From assembly GCA_963664195.1 (NCBI GenBank), contig OY760907.1, positions 2,912,001 to 2,976,000 on the forward strand: a stretch of DNA of 64,000 nt, given 5' to 3'. The position numbers and the translations under genes are program-made. The notes under the pieces were generated by a model, which made no database searches, had not been told where the DNA came from, and saw only the letters and a program-made list of their open reading frames with translations. The DNA comes from an uncultured candidate division Zixibacteria bacterium. GTDB taxonomy: Bacteria; Zixibacteria; MSB-5A5; GN15; FEB-12. Of the stretch, positions 30,500-39,562 are shown piece after piece (positions within the stretch are counted from its first letter, which is position 1; each line of letters begins with the position of its first letter).

Positions 30500-31168
30500 T
30501 TGAAAACGACCACGATCATACTCGCGCTGCTTCTTCTCCTGACAGGACTGTCTTACTCTGACGATGAGTTCAGTGATCTGAACGCGGAAGAGCCGGTGCG
30601 GATGGAGGGGCCTAACGTCTCGACGTTCGGAGGAGTGCACGGTGTCGCGGGCGACAACTCGCAGTTCGTGGGTGTCGAGTTGGGTATGGCCGGTACCTAT
30701 TTGGACGGTCGGTTGCAGTTCGACCACAACTTCATTCTCGCGCTACCCTGGATGCATCGGCAGGGAGTAACGCAGTTCAGCCTGCAGGCTCCCGTGAGCT
30801 TTCTGTCGCTTGCACTCGTTTATGTGACCGATGTCTACATACTGAAGCGCAAATACTACTCTTCCGCCGCCAAATTCGTTTTTCTCACTCCTAACTCAAT
30901 GTACAAATGGAAGATACTGCCCAACCTCCAACTGACCGGTGCATTCGATACACAGTACTTCTTTTTCACGCCTGAAGAGGCTGACCGCGGCATTACATTC
31001 ACGCCTTCAGTCGGCTTGACCTATTGTAAGAATAGACTGGCTGATCAGTTTAGCGTTAGTTTGCTAGTGGGCAATACCTGGTTCTGGAACTTCGACGGCG
31101 ACGATCAATCGGATGGAATCAATGTTGGCCTGTGGCTTCGTTTCTGCGGATGGGAAAAGGGGCCGTAA
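30500..31168 (+). CDS. Hypothetical secreted/outer-membrane protein
   Basis: TTG start with GAGGA RBS, signal peptide, alternating beta-strand-like segments. Confidence 0.55.
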   Translation: MKTTTIILALLLLLTGLSYSDDEFSDLNAEEPVRMEGPNVSTFGGVHGVAGDNSQFVGVELGMAGTYLDGRLQFDHNFILALPWMHRQGVTQFSLQAPVSFLSLALVYVTDVYILKRKYYSSAAKFVFLTPNSMYKWKILPNLQLTGAFDTQYFFFTPEEADRGITFTPSVGLTYCKNRLADQFSVSLLVGNTWFWNFDGDDQSDGINVGLWLRFCGWEKGP

Positions 31169-31278
31169 GGCGAAGCGGTCGCATTGGTTTCGACCTGCGA
31201 GCTACTCTTGCGGAACCCCAACCCCCTTCCTCGGTTATATCACTCAAAGACACGTACTAAAATGGAGTGATATTGACC

Positions 31279-31662
31279 ATGAATATGCCCAAAGTCACGG
31301 CAATCTTCGCCGTCGCATTGATAATCCTCGGAATCGTCGGTTATGTAGCCACTGAAATGGTCAGCGTAACCGCCCTCATACCGGCCTTTTTCGGAATCGT
31401 CCTGCTGGCCCTCGCCCTGATGGCCCGCAAAGAGAATCTTCGCCGACACGCCATGCACGCTGCTTCGGTGCTGGGAGTCATCGGGTTCGCCGGGACGTTT
31501 AGCGGTTTGCTCGGGCTCGTTACTATGATGACCGGGGGAGAAGTCGCTAACCCGGCGGCAGTGATCGGTCGCGCGGTCATGGCGGTGCTTTGTCTGGCGT
31601 TTGTGGCGTTGTGCGTCAAGTCGTTCCTCGACGCCCGACGTCTGCGAACGGCCGAAGCGTAG
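31279..31662 (+). CDS. Small 4-TM membrane protein (TMEM14-like)
   Basis: 'SVTALIPAFFG', 'RRHAMH', 'VKSF.DARR' hydrophobic pattern. Confidence 0.7.
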   Translation: MNMPKVTAIFAVALIILGIVGYVATEMVSVTALIPAFFGIVLLALALMARKENLRRHAMHAASVLGVIGFAGTFSGLLGLVTMMTGGEVANPAAVIGRAVMAVLCLAFVALCVKSFLDARRLRTAEA

Positions 31663-31911
31663 GTGCCCCTCGTGTATTCATCCGGTAGCCCAGGATTATC
31701 TCCCTCCCCATACCCCTTCAACTCCCCATAAGTTAAAGACTTGACCGCTATCTCCGAAAAGCTGTACGTTTGACTCATTAGACCCAATTGTGGTTTGAAG
31801 AGCACACGTATTGTCTTTATCAACAGAGCACACGGATGCAGCACATCCCGTCGAGGGATGCTGTTTGACAACTGTAGGAAACCTGGCCGGAAGTCCGGCT
31901 AGGAGGGGACC

Positions 31912-32313
31912 ATGCATTCGAGAAGCAGACGCTCGCAGAGAAGAGCCCTCATTCGGTTATTGGTTATTTCGCCACTCACCGTGGTCGGAGTGATTGCGGT
32001 CTGGTCTTATCTCAACACGCCCCAAATCAGTGCCCACAATTTCGACTCCGAAATCTGGCAGCGCGGTAGTGTCGCCGAGCGCGGGGAAATGGTCTGGACG
32101 CTGGTAGAAAGCCACCTGTTGTTGGACAAGACCCGGTCGGAAGTACTCAATATGCTGGGCGAGCCGGATCTGGGGGACTCAACTGACAGCCCCCTGAGGT
32201 ACGACATCGACATCGGCAGCGGGAAGGTCCGTCTCTCCTGGGCGTACCTGCTGGCGGTGTCGTTCGACACCAGTTCAGGAATCGTCACGGAGGTGGCCGT
32301 AGTCCAGCCCTGA
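31912..32313 (+). CDS. Hypothetical membrane-anchored protein with BamE/SmpA-like motif
   Basis: AGGAGG RBS, N-terminal TM, 'FDSEIW...RGEMV..L...TRSEV..MLGEPD'. Confidence 0.6.
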   Translation: MHSRSRRSQRRALIRLLVISPLTVVGVIAVWSYLNTPQISAHNFDSEIWQRGSVAERGEMVWTLVESHLLLDKTRSEVLNMLGEPDLGDSTDSPLRYDIDIGSGKVRLSWAYLLAVSFDTSSGIVTEVAVVQP

Positions 32314-32404
32314 CCGGCTCGGCCGGCTTCGGTCCCACGAAGTGGGCTTCAATCCTACCAGGAGGGGGATCGCATATCGGCGGAGCAAGTGCGGCATTAA
32401 GTTG

Positions 32405-32433
32405 TTGAATCGGGCGGGGGTTCTCTCTATACT
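32405..32433 (+). promoter_or_regulatory. sigma70-type promoter, probably leaderless transcript
   Basis: TTGAAT-N17-TATACT, 6 nt before ATG 32440, no SD. Confidence 0.55.
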
Positions 32434-32439
32434 CCTGTC

Positions 32440-32931
32440 ATGACCACCAAAAGAAACGATTACATAAGCTGGGAAGAGTATTTCATGGCTGTCGCGGAGC
32501 TTTCCGCGCAACGCTCCAAAGACCCCAACACCCAGGTAGGGGCATGCATCGTAAACAAAAATAAGCGTATCATCGGTATCGGGTACAACGGTTTTCCGGC
32601 CGGTTGCTCCGATGATGAACTCCCGTGGAGCCGTGAGGGGGATTTCCTTGACACCAAGTATCCCTTTGTTTGCCATGCCGAGATGAACGCCATCACCAAC
32701 GCCACCAACCGTCCCGATCTGGTCGGCGCGTCGCTTTACGTCTCACTGTTCCCGTGCAACGAGTGCGCCAAGTTGATCGTACAGGCGGGGATAGCGGAGG
32801 TCGTCTATCTGGCTGACAAGTACCACGATCAGGACCTGTTTGTGGCGGCCCGAAAGATATTCGATATGTCAGGCGTCAAATACCGGCAACTGGTGCCTAA
32901 GACAAGAAAGATTACGCTGACGCTGGGGTGA
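32440..32931 (+). CDS. dCMP deaminase
   Basis: SW.EYFM, RSKDP.TQVGAC, GYNG, HAE.NAI, PC..C zinc motif. Confidence 0.93.
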   Translation: MTTKRNDYISWEEYFMAVAELSAQRSKDPNTQVGACIVNKNKRIIGIGYNGFPAGCSDDELPWSREGDFLDTKYPFVCHAEMNAITNATNRPDLVGASLYVSLFPCNECAKLIVQAGIAEVVYLADKYHDQDLFVAARKIFDMSGVKYRQLVPKTRKITLTLG

Positions 32932-32962
32932 CTCGCGCCGCAGGCGTTCCGGCCCATGTCTT

Positions 32963-33093
32963 GTAGGGTGGAACCCTTTGGCGGTTCCGCCGCCTCTTCC
33001 GTAGGGCAGGTTCGTCTTCAAACCTGACGGAAGGCGGTCGAACCAAGGGTTCGGCCTTTTGCTGTTAAGCCCCAAGACGGGCTTGACCTGCGA
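32963..33093. repeat. Cluster of GTAG/GCAG-initiated REP-like palindromes
   Basis: GTAGGGTGGAACC..GGTTCCGCC; GTAGGGCAGGTTCGTCTTCAAACCTGAC (near-copy of 30358); minus-strand GCAGGTCAAGCCCGTCTTGGGGCTTAAC. Confidence 0.65.
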
Positions 33094-33249
33094 AGAGAGA
33101 GAGTCCGCCACAGGCGGACGATGGCAGGACAGTTCAAAAACTAGACTGTTTTAGACCATACTTTGTTTTTTTGTTGCCTGATGTAATCCAAGACGTACAT
33201 TTGCGGTTTCTAATCGTGAGCCGAGCCCTCTTAACAGGAGACAGATGCT

Positions 33250-34575
33250 GTGACTAAGACCAGGGAAGACGTTCTCAGATTAATCGATGAATCCGGTGTT
33301 CGGTACATCAGGCTCTGTTTTACCGACATTTTGGGGAAAATCAAAGGCATGACCATAACCCGCCCTGAAATCGAACAGGTGCTCGACGAGGGACAGGGGT
33401 TTGATGGTTCCTCCGTGGAAGGCTTTGCCCGGATCGACGAATCCGACCTCATGGCCTTGCCCGATCCTCTAACGTTCCGCATTATCCCGTGGGAAATCTC
33501 CGGCGAGAAGGTCGCCATGATGTTCTGCGATATTCAGAATCCCGACGGTTCCCCATATGAGGGCGACCCGCGCTGGGTGCTTAAGCGCACGCTCAGTCGG
33601 TTGCAGGATCGCGGTTGGACAGCGTATGTCGGGCCTGAAATCGAGTACTTCTACTTCGCCAACGACGAGGAACCGGGCGTTCTGGATAACTCCGGCTATT
33701 TCGACTACGGCACCATGGATATCGGCACCCAACTTCGCAAAAAAACGGTTGCCGCGCTCGAAATGATGGACGTTCCCGTGGAGTGCTCGCATCACGAGGT
33801 AGCCCCGTCACAGCACGAGATCGATCTGAAGTATCAAGAGGCGCTGGTAATGGCCGACTTTGCACAGGTGTATCGGTTCATCGTCAAGGAAGTCGCGATG
33901 GAAAACGAGCTGTACGCGACCTTCATGCCCAAGCCGATGTTCGGCGAAAACGGTTCCGGGATGCACTGTCACATGTCTATATTTAAGGGAACGAAGAATC
34001 TGTTCTTTGACCCCAGCAACGAGTATAACCTGTCTGAAATCGCGCGGCAGTTCACCGCCGGGGTGCTTATGCACGTCAAAGAATTTACGCTGCTCTGCAA
34101 CCAGTGGGTGAATTCATACAAACGACTGGTGCCCGGATATGAAGCTCCCGTGTATGTGTGTTGGGGACGGCGCAATCGTTCGAGTTTGGTGCGTGTGCCG
34201 CAGTATCGTCTTGGTAAGGAGCAGGCCACTCGAATCGAGCTTCGCTCGCCCGATCCGGCAGCCAACCCGTACCTGGCTTTTGCCTGCATGTTGGCGGCGG
34301 GACTCGACGGTATCGACAACAAGCTGGAACTCTCCGCTCCTGTCGAGCAGAATATCTTCGATATGACCAAGGCCGAGCAGGAAGCCATCAACATTAGCCG
34401 CCTGCCGAACTCACTGGAGAATGCCATCCGCGCGGCCTCTTCGTCGGATTTGGTGAAAGAGACGCTCGGAGAGCACTGCTTCAACAAGCTCATAACCAAC
34501 AAATGGATCGAATGGGATGACTACCGCGCCCATGTCAGTCAGTATGAGATTGACAAGTATCTATCCTGGCTGTAG
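33250..34575 (+). CDS. glnA: Glutamine synthetase type I
   Basis: FDGSS..GF, GPE.EY, HHEVAPSQHEI, ATFMPKP, GSGMH.H, LVPGYEAP, RIELRSPD. Confidence 0.95.
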   Translation: MTKTREDVLRLIDESGVRYIRLCFTDILGKIKGMTITRPEIEQVLDEGQGFDGSSVEGFARIDESDLMALPDPLTFRIIPWEISGEKVAMMFCDIQNPDGSPYEGDPRWVLKRTLSRLQDRGWTAYVGPEIEYFYFANDEEPGVLDNSGYFDYGTMDIGTQLRKKTVAALEMMDVPVECSHHEVAPSQHEIDLKYQEALVMADFAQVYRFIVKEVAMENELYATFMPKPMFGENGSGMHCHMSIFKGTKNLFFDPSNEYNLSEIARQFTAGVLMHVKEFTLLCNQWVNSYKRLVPGYEAPVYVCWGRRNRSSLVRVPQYRLGKEQATRIELRSPDPAANPYLAFACMLAAGLDGIDNKLELSAPVEQNIFDMTKAEQEAINISRLPNSLENAIRAASSSDLVKETLGEHCFNKLITNKWIEWDDYRAHVSQYEIDKYLSWL

Positions 34576-34593
34576 CCGGATTGTGACCGTGGT

Positions 34594-34700
34594 GGTGTCA
34601 GGTGTCCTCACCTGACGCCTGTCAAGGTGCGAGAGGGTACGAGTAGGTCGAAACTCCTGTAGTTTCGACAATCGTGATGTCAAGCCCGAAGACGGCCACT
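34594..34700. repeat. REP-like palindromes downstream of glnA
   Basis: GGTGTCAGGTG-TCCT-CACCTGACGCC; GTAGGTCGAAACTCCTGTAGTTTCGAC; remnant GTCAAGCCCGAAGACGG resembling 33064. Confidence 0.55.
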
Positions 34701-34736
34701 CGCGCCGCCGCGACGCCCCACAATATCCGCAAGTAG

Positions 34737-35087
34737 CTAACGATTCCGGTGCCAGCCTGAATTTCCGCGTCGCTCAAAACGGGGTCCGTCCTCCTGACAA
34801 CCTGAAGTATCGAAAAGAGCGGTCGTCAACAACAACGCGACCGCAATCACTGCTGATACGGTGACGCTTTTCCTTGTGTTCTTCTTCAGATAGTTCAGAA
34901 ATGTGCGCCAATTCGCGGCAAGGTGAAGAGTCGCCGCCACGGCGAAAACTACACCCGCCCACTGATGAAAACTCATTGTCGTGTGCCCTCCCAACCTGAG
35001 CAGTGCGAGAATACCGGTGATGACGACAACGGTAAAAGTCAGTCCGACTATCGGAGATAAGGTGGATCTGGTCAGTGCCTTGCCCAT
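34737..35087 (-). CDS. DUF4405-like small membrane protein (His-ligated heme-b-type pattern)
   Basis: Start ATG 35087 with AGAGG RBS; 'ITGI...FHQWAG..F.....HL..NW' pattern; three TMs. Confidence 0.7.
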   Translation of the reverse strand: MGKALTRSTLSPIVGLTFTVVVITGILALLRLGGHTTMSFHQWAGVVFAVAATLHLAANWRTFLNYLKKNTRKSVTVSAVIAVALLLTTALFDTSGCQEDGPRFERRGNSGWHRNR

Positions 35088-35483
35088 GATGGCCTCTTTG
35101 TCTGCGGCCCGTCCAGTCCGCTGCCTCTGTCTTTCCGTTGCGCGGTGTCCGGGCATTTTGACTTGGACAACGAAAGTCAGCCGTACGTTCCCGCTTTTCT
35201 GTCTCGGCACATTGAGTGGTGTCGGGAATTCCGGGGCCGTCTCATAGGTCGTGAGGCCGGGGCACATTGCCCAAGGGACGATTTGTCACAAATATGCGCT
35301 GAGCACTGTTGTGGAAAGACTTGCAGGCTGACTCTTATCGTGTTGTGGGCGGCAGACGCCTGCTGTTTGTCCCGCCCGTGCATCTGCGTATTAATGTAAC
35401 ATCACAATAATGGCTCCGTATCTAGACGTATGTGATCTCCTCAGATTCTAGCACGTGTGAACCTCACAAATGGATATTGACAA

Positions 35484-36404
35484 ATGCAGAGTATTTCTAT
35501 CGAAACCGTCGGCCTCACCCGTCGATTCGGTTCCACGACGGCTGTGAATGACGTCAGTTTGAAGGTTCCCGAGGGAGCCGTCTACGGCTTTCTTGGCCCG
35601 AACGGGGCAGGCAAGACCACAACCATCAGGATGCTGCTGGGGCTTATCCGGCCGGATTCAGGGACTGTTCGTGTGATGGGAAACGAGCTTGTTCCGGGGC
35701 GCCCGCAGCAACACAATCGAGTGGGAGCCATGGTTGAATCGCCTGCACTGTACAAGCACCTGACCGGCCGCGAAAACCTCGAAGTCACCCGGTGCATGAT
35801 CGGCGGAGACCGCGGTCTCGTGGATGAAGCACTGAGTACCGTGGGTCTTGAGAGGGCGTCATCCAGGAGGGCGGGAGAATACTCGCTTGGGATGAAGCAG
35901 CGGTTGGGTTTGGCGCAGGCCCTGGTAAGCGACCCCGAACTGCTGATTCTGGACGAACCGACAAACGGTCTGGATCCTGCCGGGATTCAGGAGATGCGCG
36001 AGTTCATCCTTTCCCTTTCGACCGCCAGAGGCATCACCGTGTTCTTGTCCTCACATCTCCTGAGTGAAGTCGAACAGATGGCGGATCACATCGGTATCAT
36101 TAACCGGGGGCGACTTGGTTTTCAAGGGACGCTTCAGGAGCTGCACGACCTTCAGAAACTGCAATTGAAACTCGGTGTGGATGACACTGGCAAGGCAACC
36201 CACCTGTTGGAGAAGGAGGGGTGTACTGTGGCCTCCGATGGCGGCAGGTTCATCACCATTCAGATCGATGTTCCGGATGAAGCCTCCCGCTTCAACAGCA
36301 TGTTGGTGATTGCCGGTATTGGCGTTTCTCACCTGAGTTTGGAGAAGCCTTCCCTCGAACAGATATTCCTCGATATGACCGAAACAGGAACGGGGGCAGC
36401 ATGA
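35484..36404 (+). CDS. ABC transporter ATP-binding protein (BcrA/LanF-like)
   Basis: GPNGAGKTT, YSLGMKQRLG, LDEPTNGLDP, SSHLL.EV. Confidence 0.92.
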   Translation: MQSISIETVGLTRRFGSTTAVNDVSLKVPEGAVYGFLGPNGAGKTTTIRMLLGLIRPDSGTVRVMGNELVPGRPQQHNRVGAMVESPALYKHLTGRENLEVTRCMIGGDRGLVDEALSTVGLERASSRRAGEYSLGMKQRLGLAQALVSDPELLILDEPTNGLDPAGIQEMREFILSLSTARGITVFLSSHLLSEVEQMADHIGIINRGRLGFQGTLQELHDLQKLQLKLGVDDTGKATHLLEKEGCTVASDGGRFITIQIDVPDEASRFNSMLVIAGIGVSHLSLEKPSLEQIFLDMTETGTGAA

Positions 36405-37162
36405 TCGCAGCATACGGTCGCGTGTTTTGCGCGGAGATTCTCAAACTGCGCCGATCGCTTGCCTTCTGGCTGGCAATTGTGTCGCCACTGGCAATCGTTT
36501 TCCTGCAATTTGTCATAATCATGACGCGTGGCAAAGATATGATCGCCGACGATGCATCGATATGGCCCATCATGATTCGGCAGACCGTTTCGTTCTGGTG
36601 TTTGCTGATGCTTCCCTTGTTCATCACGCTTGAGACCGCACTTCTCGCTGGTCTGGAACACAACGGCAACAACTGGAAGCACATTCTGGCCCTACCCGTC
36701 TCCCGCTCTGCCGTTTACTTGAGCAAACTTCTCACAGGCACGACTGTTGTGGGCGTTGCTCACCTGGCTATGGTCGGCTGGATTCTTGTCACGGGTGGAT
36801 TGGTTCGCATACTCATGCCGGGTCTTGGAGTGCCCGCGCCCTTCCCCTGGGAGATGCTTGGAATCTGCATCGGTACGTCGCTGATCAGTTCCTTTCTGCT
36901 GATTGGTCTGCATTTGTGGGTGGCGATTCGCTGGCCCAGCTTCGTTGTGGCGATGGGGTTTGGTATTGTGGCGACTATTGCCGGTGTGATCCTGATCAAC
37001 TCCGAGTATGCCGGATGGTACCCCTGGACAATGCCGGCAGTCTTGATAAACGGTTTGCGCAACGGCGAATATCAATGGGCGCTGTTGTGGTGCGGCTCAA
37101 TCGGGGGACTCATCGCCGGCATGATAGGGTGTTGGGACTTTCGACGGCGAGATGTGCTGTAG
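36401..37162 (+). CDS. ABC-2 type permease (LanE/LanG-like)
   Basis: 'AEILKLRRS', 'EH...NWK.IL.LPVSR..VY.SK', 'PW', C-terminal 'RRDV'. Confidence 0.85.
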   Translation: MIAAYGRVFCAEILKLRRSLAFWLAIVSPLAIVFLQFVIIMTRGKDMIADDASIWPIMIRQTVSFWCLLMLPLFITLETALLAGLEHNGNNWKHILALPVSRSAVYLSKLLTGTTVVGVAHLAMVGWILVTGGLVRILMPGLGVPAPFPWEMLGICIGTSLISSFLLIGLHLWVAIRWPSFVVAMGFGIVATIAGVILINSEYAGWYPWTMPAVLINGLRNGEYQWALLWCGSIGGLIAGMIGCWDFRRRDVL

Positions 37163-37164
37163 TT

Positions 37165-37190
37165 GTGGGTCGAACTTCTGCAGTTCTGAC
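37165..37190 (+). repeat. Degenerate REP-like palindrome
   Basis: GTGGGTCGAACTTCTGCAGTTCTGAC resembles 34643 GTAGGTCGAAACTCCTGTAGTTTCGAC. Confidence 0.45.
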
Positions 37191-37367
37191 AGGTCGTTGT
37201 GCAGGTCAATGTCATTAATGGCTGTCCGCAGACTTGCGAGGACCCCGACGGGTTCGCAGACGGCTGCTCGCGGCGTGGACCCGCCCCGCAGTTGCTTCCG
37301 GATTGCGACAACTATCAGCGTTGAAACCGGCCTTTCCCGCTCGCTTTGAACTCCATATATTCTCCCC

Positions 37368-38777
37368 ATGCCCGCTTACAAGGACATGACGGCTGTACAG
37401 ATTGCACAAGGGGTGATGGATCAATCACTCTCCGCAATCGAAATCGCGCAGGAAGCGCTTCGTCTCGCCAAAACCGAAGGCCGCGATCTCAACGCCTTCA
37501 TCAACATCTGTGAAGACAAAGCCCTCGCACAGGCCAATGCTGTCGACGAGAACGTACGGGCAGGAGCAATCGCAGGCCCCCTGGCCGGAGTGCCGATAGC
37601 GGTCAAAGATAATATCTCCTACACCGACTATCCTATGACCTGTGCCTCCCACATCCTCGACGGCTACGTTCCTCCCTACGATGCCACCGTCATCACTCGG
37701 CTGATAGAAGCCGGAGCCGTCATCATCGGCAAAACCAACATGGACGAGTTCGCTATGGGCTCCTCAAGCGAGACCTCGTATTACGGCCCCGTCAAGAACC
37801 CGCGGGACCATGTGCTAACTCCGGGAGGTTCATCGGGCGGCTCGGCGGCAGCCGTCGCGCAGGGGATAGTCCCCATAGCTTTGGGTTCGGACACGGGTGG
37901 CTCTATCCGTCAGCCGGCGGCGTTTTGCGGCATTCTCGGATTGAAATCGTCCTACGGGGCCGTCTCACGATACGGCCTTGCCGCGTTTGCATCCTCGACC
38001 GACCAGATCGGACCATTCGCTCGCAATGTTAAGGACCTCTCGCTTCTTTTCCGTGCCATCTGCGGTCGTGACAAGCGAGACGCGACCAGCATTGAGGTCA
38101 CGCGTGACTCTGTCCAATCAGATCGCAAATACTCAATCGGCATGCCAAGAGAATACTTCGCCGAAGGCCTCGATCCACAAGTCGGCGACACAATCCAGTC
38201 CCTCATGACGAAACTCGAACGGCAGGGACACAAGTTGCTTGATATCTCCCTTCCGCTCACCGGAGTTTCGAACGCCGTCTACTACATCATCTCCAGCGCG
38301 GAAGCATCCTCGAATCTGGCGCGGTACGACGGCACTCGCTACGGTCTCCGAGTTGCAGGCGACGGTTCACTCGAAGACATGTACGCCGAAACGCGGGCGC
38401 AAGGGTTAGGTGCCGAGGTCAAGCGGCGAATTATGCTCGGCACCCATGTTCTGTCATCGGGATACTACGATGAATACTATGTGAAAGCCTCGAAAGTACG
38501 TGCGCTCATGCGGAGGGAATTCGACGCGGCCTTCGAATCGGTTGACCTCATCGCCTCGCCGACCACGCCTACTCCGCCTTTCAGGCTTGGGGAAAAGATC
38601 GACGATCCGATGGCGATGTACCTCTCCGATGTCTATACCACGCCCGCTTCATTGGCCGGCATTCCGGCAATATCCGTTCCGTGCGAAGGCGGCCTGGTGG
38701 GCGTACAGTTTATGGCGCGGTATCTTCATGAGCAGTCATTGTTCGACATTGCAAGATGCGTGAAGGAGACCGCATAG
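37368..38777 (+). CDS. gatA: Asp/Glu-tRNA(Asn/Gln) amidotransferase subunit A
   Basis: KDNI, GKTNMDEFAMGSS, GGSSGGSAA, GSDTGGSIRQPA, EASSNLARYDG.RYG, EVKRRIMLG. Confidence 0.93.
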   Translation: MPAYKDMTAVQIAQGVMDQSLSAIEIAQEALRLAKTEGRDLNAFINICEDKALAQANAVDENVRAGAIAGPLAGVPIAVKDNISYTDYPMTCASHILDGYVPPYDATVITRLIEAGAVIIGKTNMDEFAMGSSSETSYYGPVKNPRDHVLTPGGSSGGSAAAVAQGIVPIALGSDTGGSIRQPAAFCGILGLKSSYGAVSRYGLAAFASSTDQIGPFARNVKDLSLLFRAICGRDKRDATSIEVTRDSVQSDRKYSIGMPREYFAEGLDPQVGDTIQSLMTKLERQGHKLLDISLPLTGVSNAVYYIISSAEASSNLARYDGTRYGLRVAGDGSLEDMYAETRAQGLGAEVKRRIMLGTHVLSSGYYDEYYVKASKVRALMRREFDAAFESVDLIASPTTPTPPFRLGEKIDDPMAMYLSDVYTTPASLAGIPAISVPCEGGLVGVQFMARYLHEQSLFDIARCVKETA

Positions 38778-38779
38778 CT

Positions 38780-39562
38780 ATGCCGTTGATCGATCTGGGC
38801 GAGATCAAGATGTACTACAAGGAGTGCGGCGAAGGGGTGCCGATTATCTGCCTTCACGGTTTTTCACTGGATCACCGTCAGTGGAGATCGCAGGCGAGTT
38901 TCTTTTCAGACAGCTACCGAGTGATTACGCCCGACGCCCGTGGCCATGGGCAATCTGACGCCCCCGAGACCGGCTACGGCCGGGCTAACAGGGTCGAGGA
39001 CTTGGCTAAGTTGGTCGATAAGTTGAAGATAGACCGGTTTCACCTTGTCGGTCTATCGATGGGTGGCTCCACTGCAATCGGGTACGCTCTTGAGCATCAA
39101 GCCCGGTTGTTATCGCTGTCTCTGGTCAGTACTGCTGCGGCAGGCTACAACGTGAGCAAAAAGTTTTCGAAGCTCGACCAACTGGCCCGCGAGCGGGGAG
39201 TCGATGCCGCTCTGGTGAAATGGATGACCTGGAGTTTGGCCTGGTACAAGGGCCGACGAGAAGACATCGGCAAGGAAATGAGCGTGATGATGGACGGTTT
39301 CAGCGGACGCATCTGGTCGGATCCGATGCGGGGCAAGTATCCCCGCACGAACGACCTTGAGCGTGTACACGAGATCACGGCTCCAACGGCGATCTTCGCC
39401 GGTGAACTGGACAAGGTGTTTGTCAGCCTGGCCGGAGAACTTCATCATCGCATCAAAGGCAGCAGGCTTTCTATCTACGAGGGGACCGGACACATGCTGA
39501 ATATCGAGGCGCCGGACAGGTTCAACCGTGAGTTGGCAGCCTTTCTTGAGGTGAACGGATGA
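38780..39562 (+). CDS. Alpha/beta hydrolase
   Basis: LHGF, DARGHG.S, GLSMGG nucleophile elbow, GELD, GH..N.E.P. Confidence 0.9.
   Translation: MPLIDLGEIKMYYKECGEGVPIICLHGFSLDHRQWRSQASFFSDSYRVITPDARGHGQSDAPETGYGRANRVEDLAKLVDKLKIDRFHLVGLSMGGSTAIGYALEHQARLLSLSLVSTAAAGYNVSKKFSKLDQLARERGVDAALVKWMTWSLAWYKGRREDIGKEMSVMMDGFSGRIWSDPMRGKYPRTNDLERVHEITAPTAIFAGELDKVFVSLAGELHHRIKGSRLSIYEGTGHMLNIEAPDRFNRELAAFLEVNG

Noticed and set aside
30281..34700. CRISPR array
   Set aside because: The repeats are dispersed, heterogeneous palindromes without regular repeat-spacer periodicity, and no cas genes are present.
35088..35270. Riboswitch upstream of the DUF4405-like gene
   Set aside because: No recognisable cobalamin, TPP, FMN or c-di-GMP core motifs by eye; an Rfam scan would be needed.
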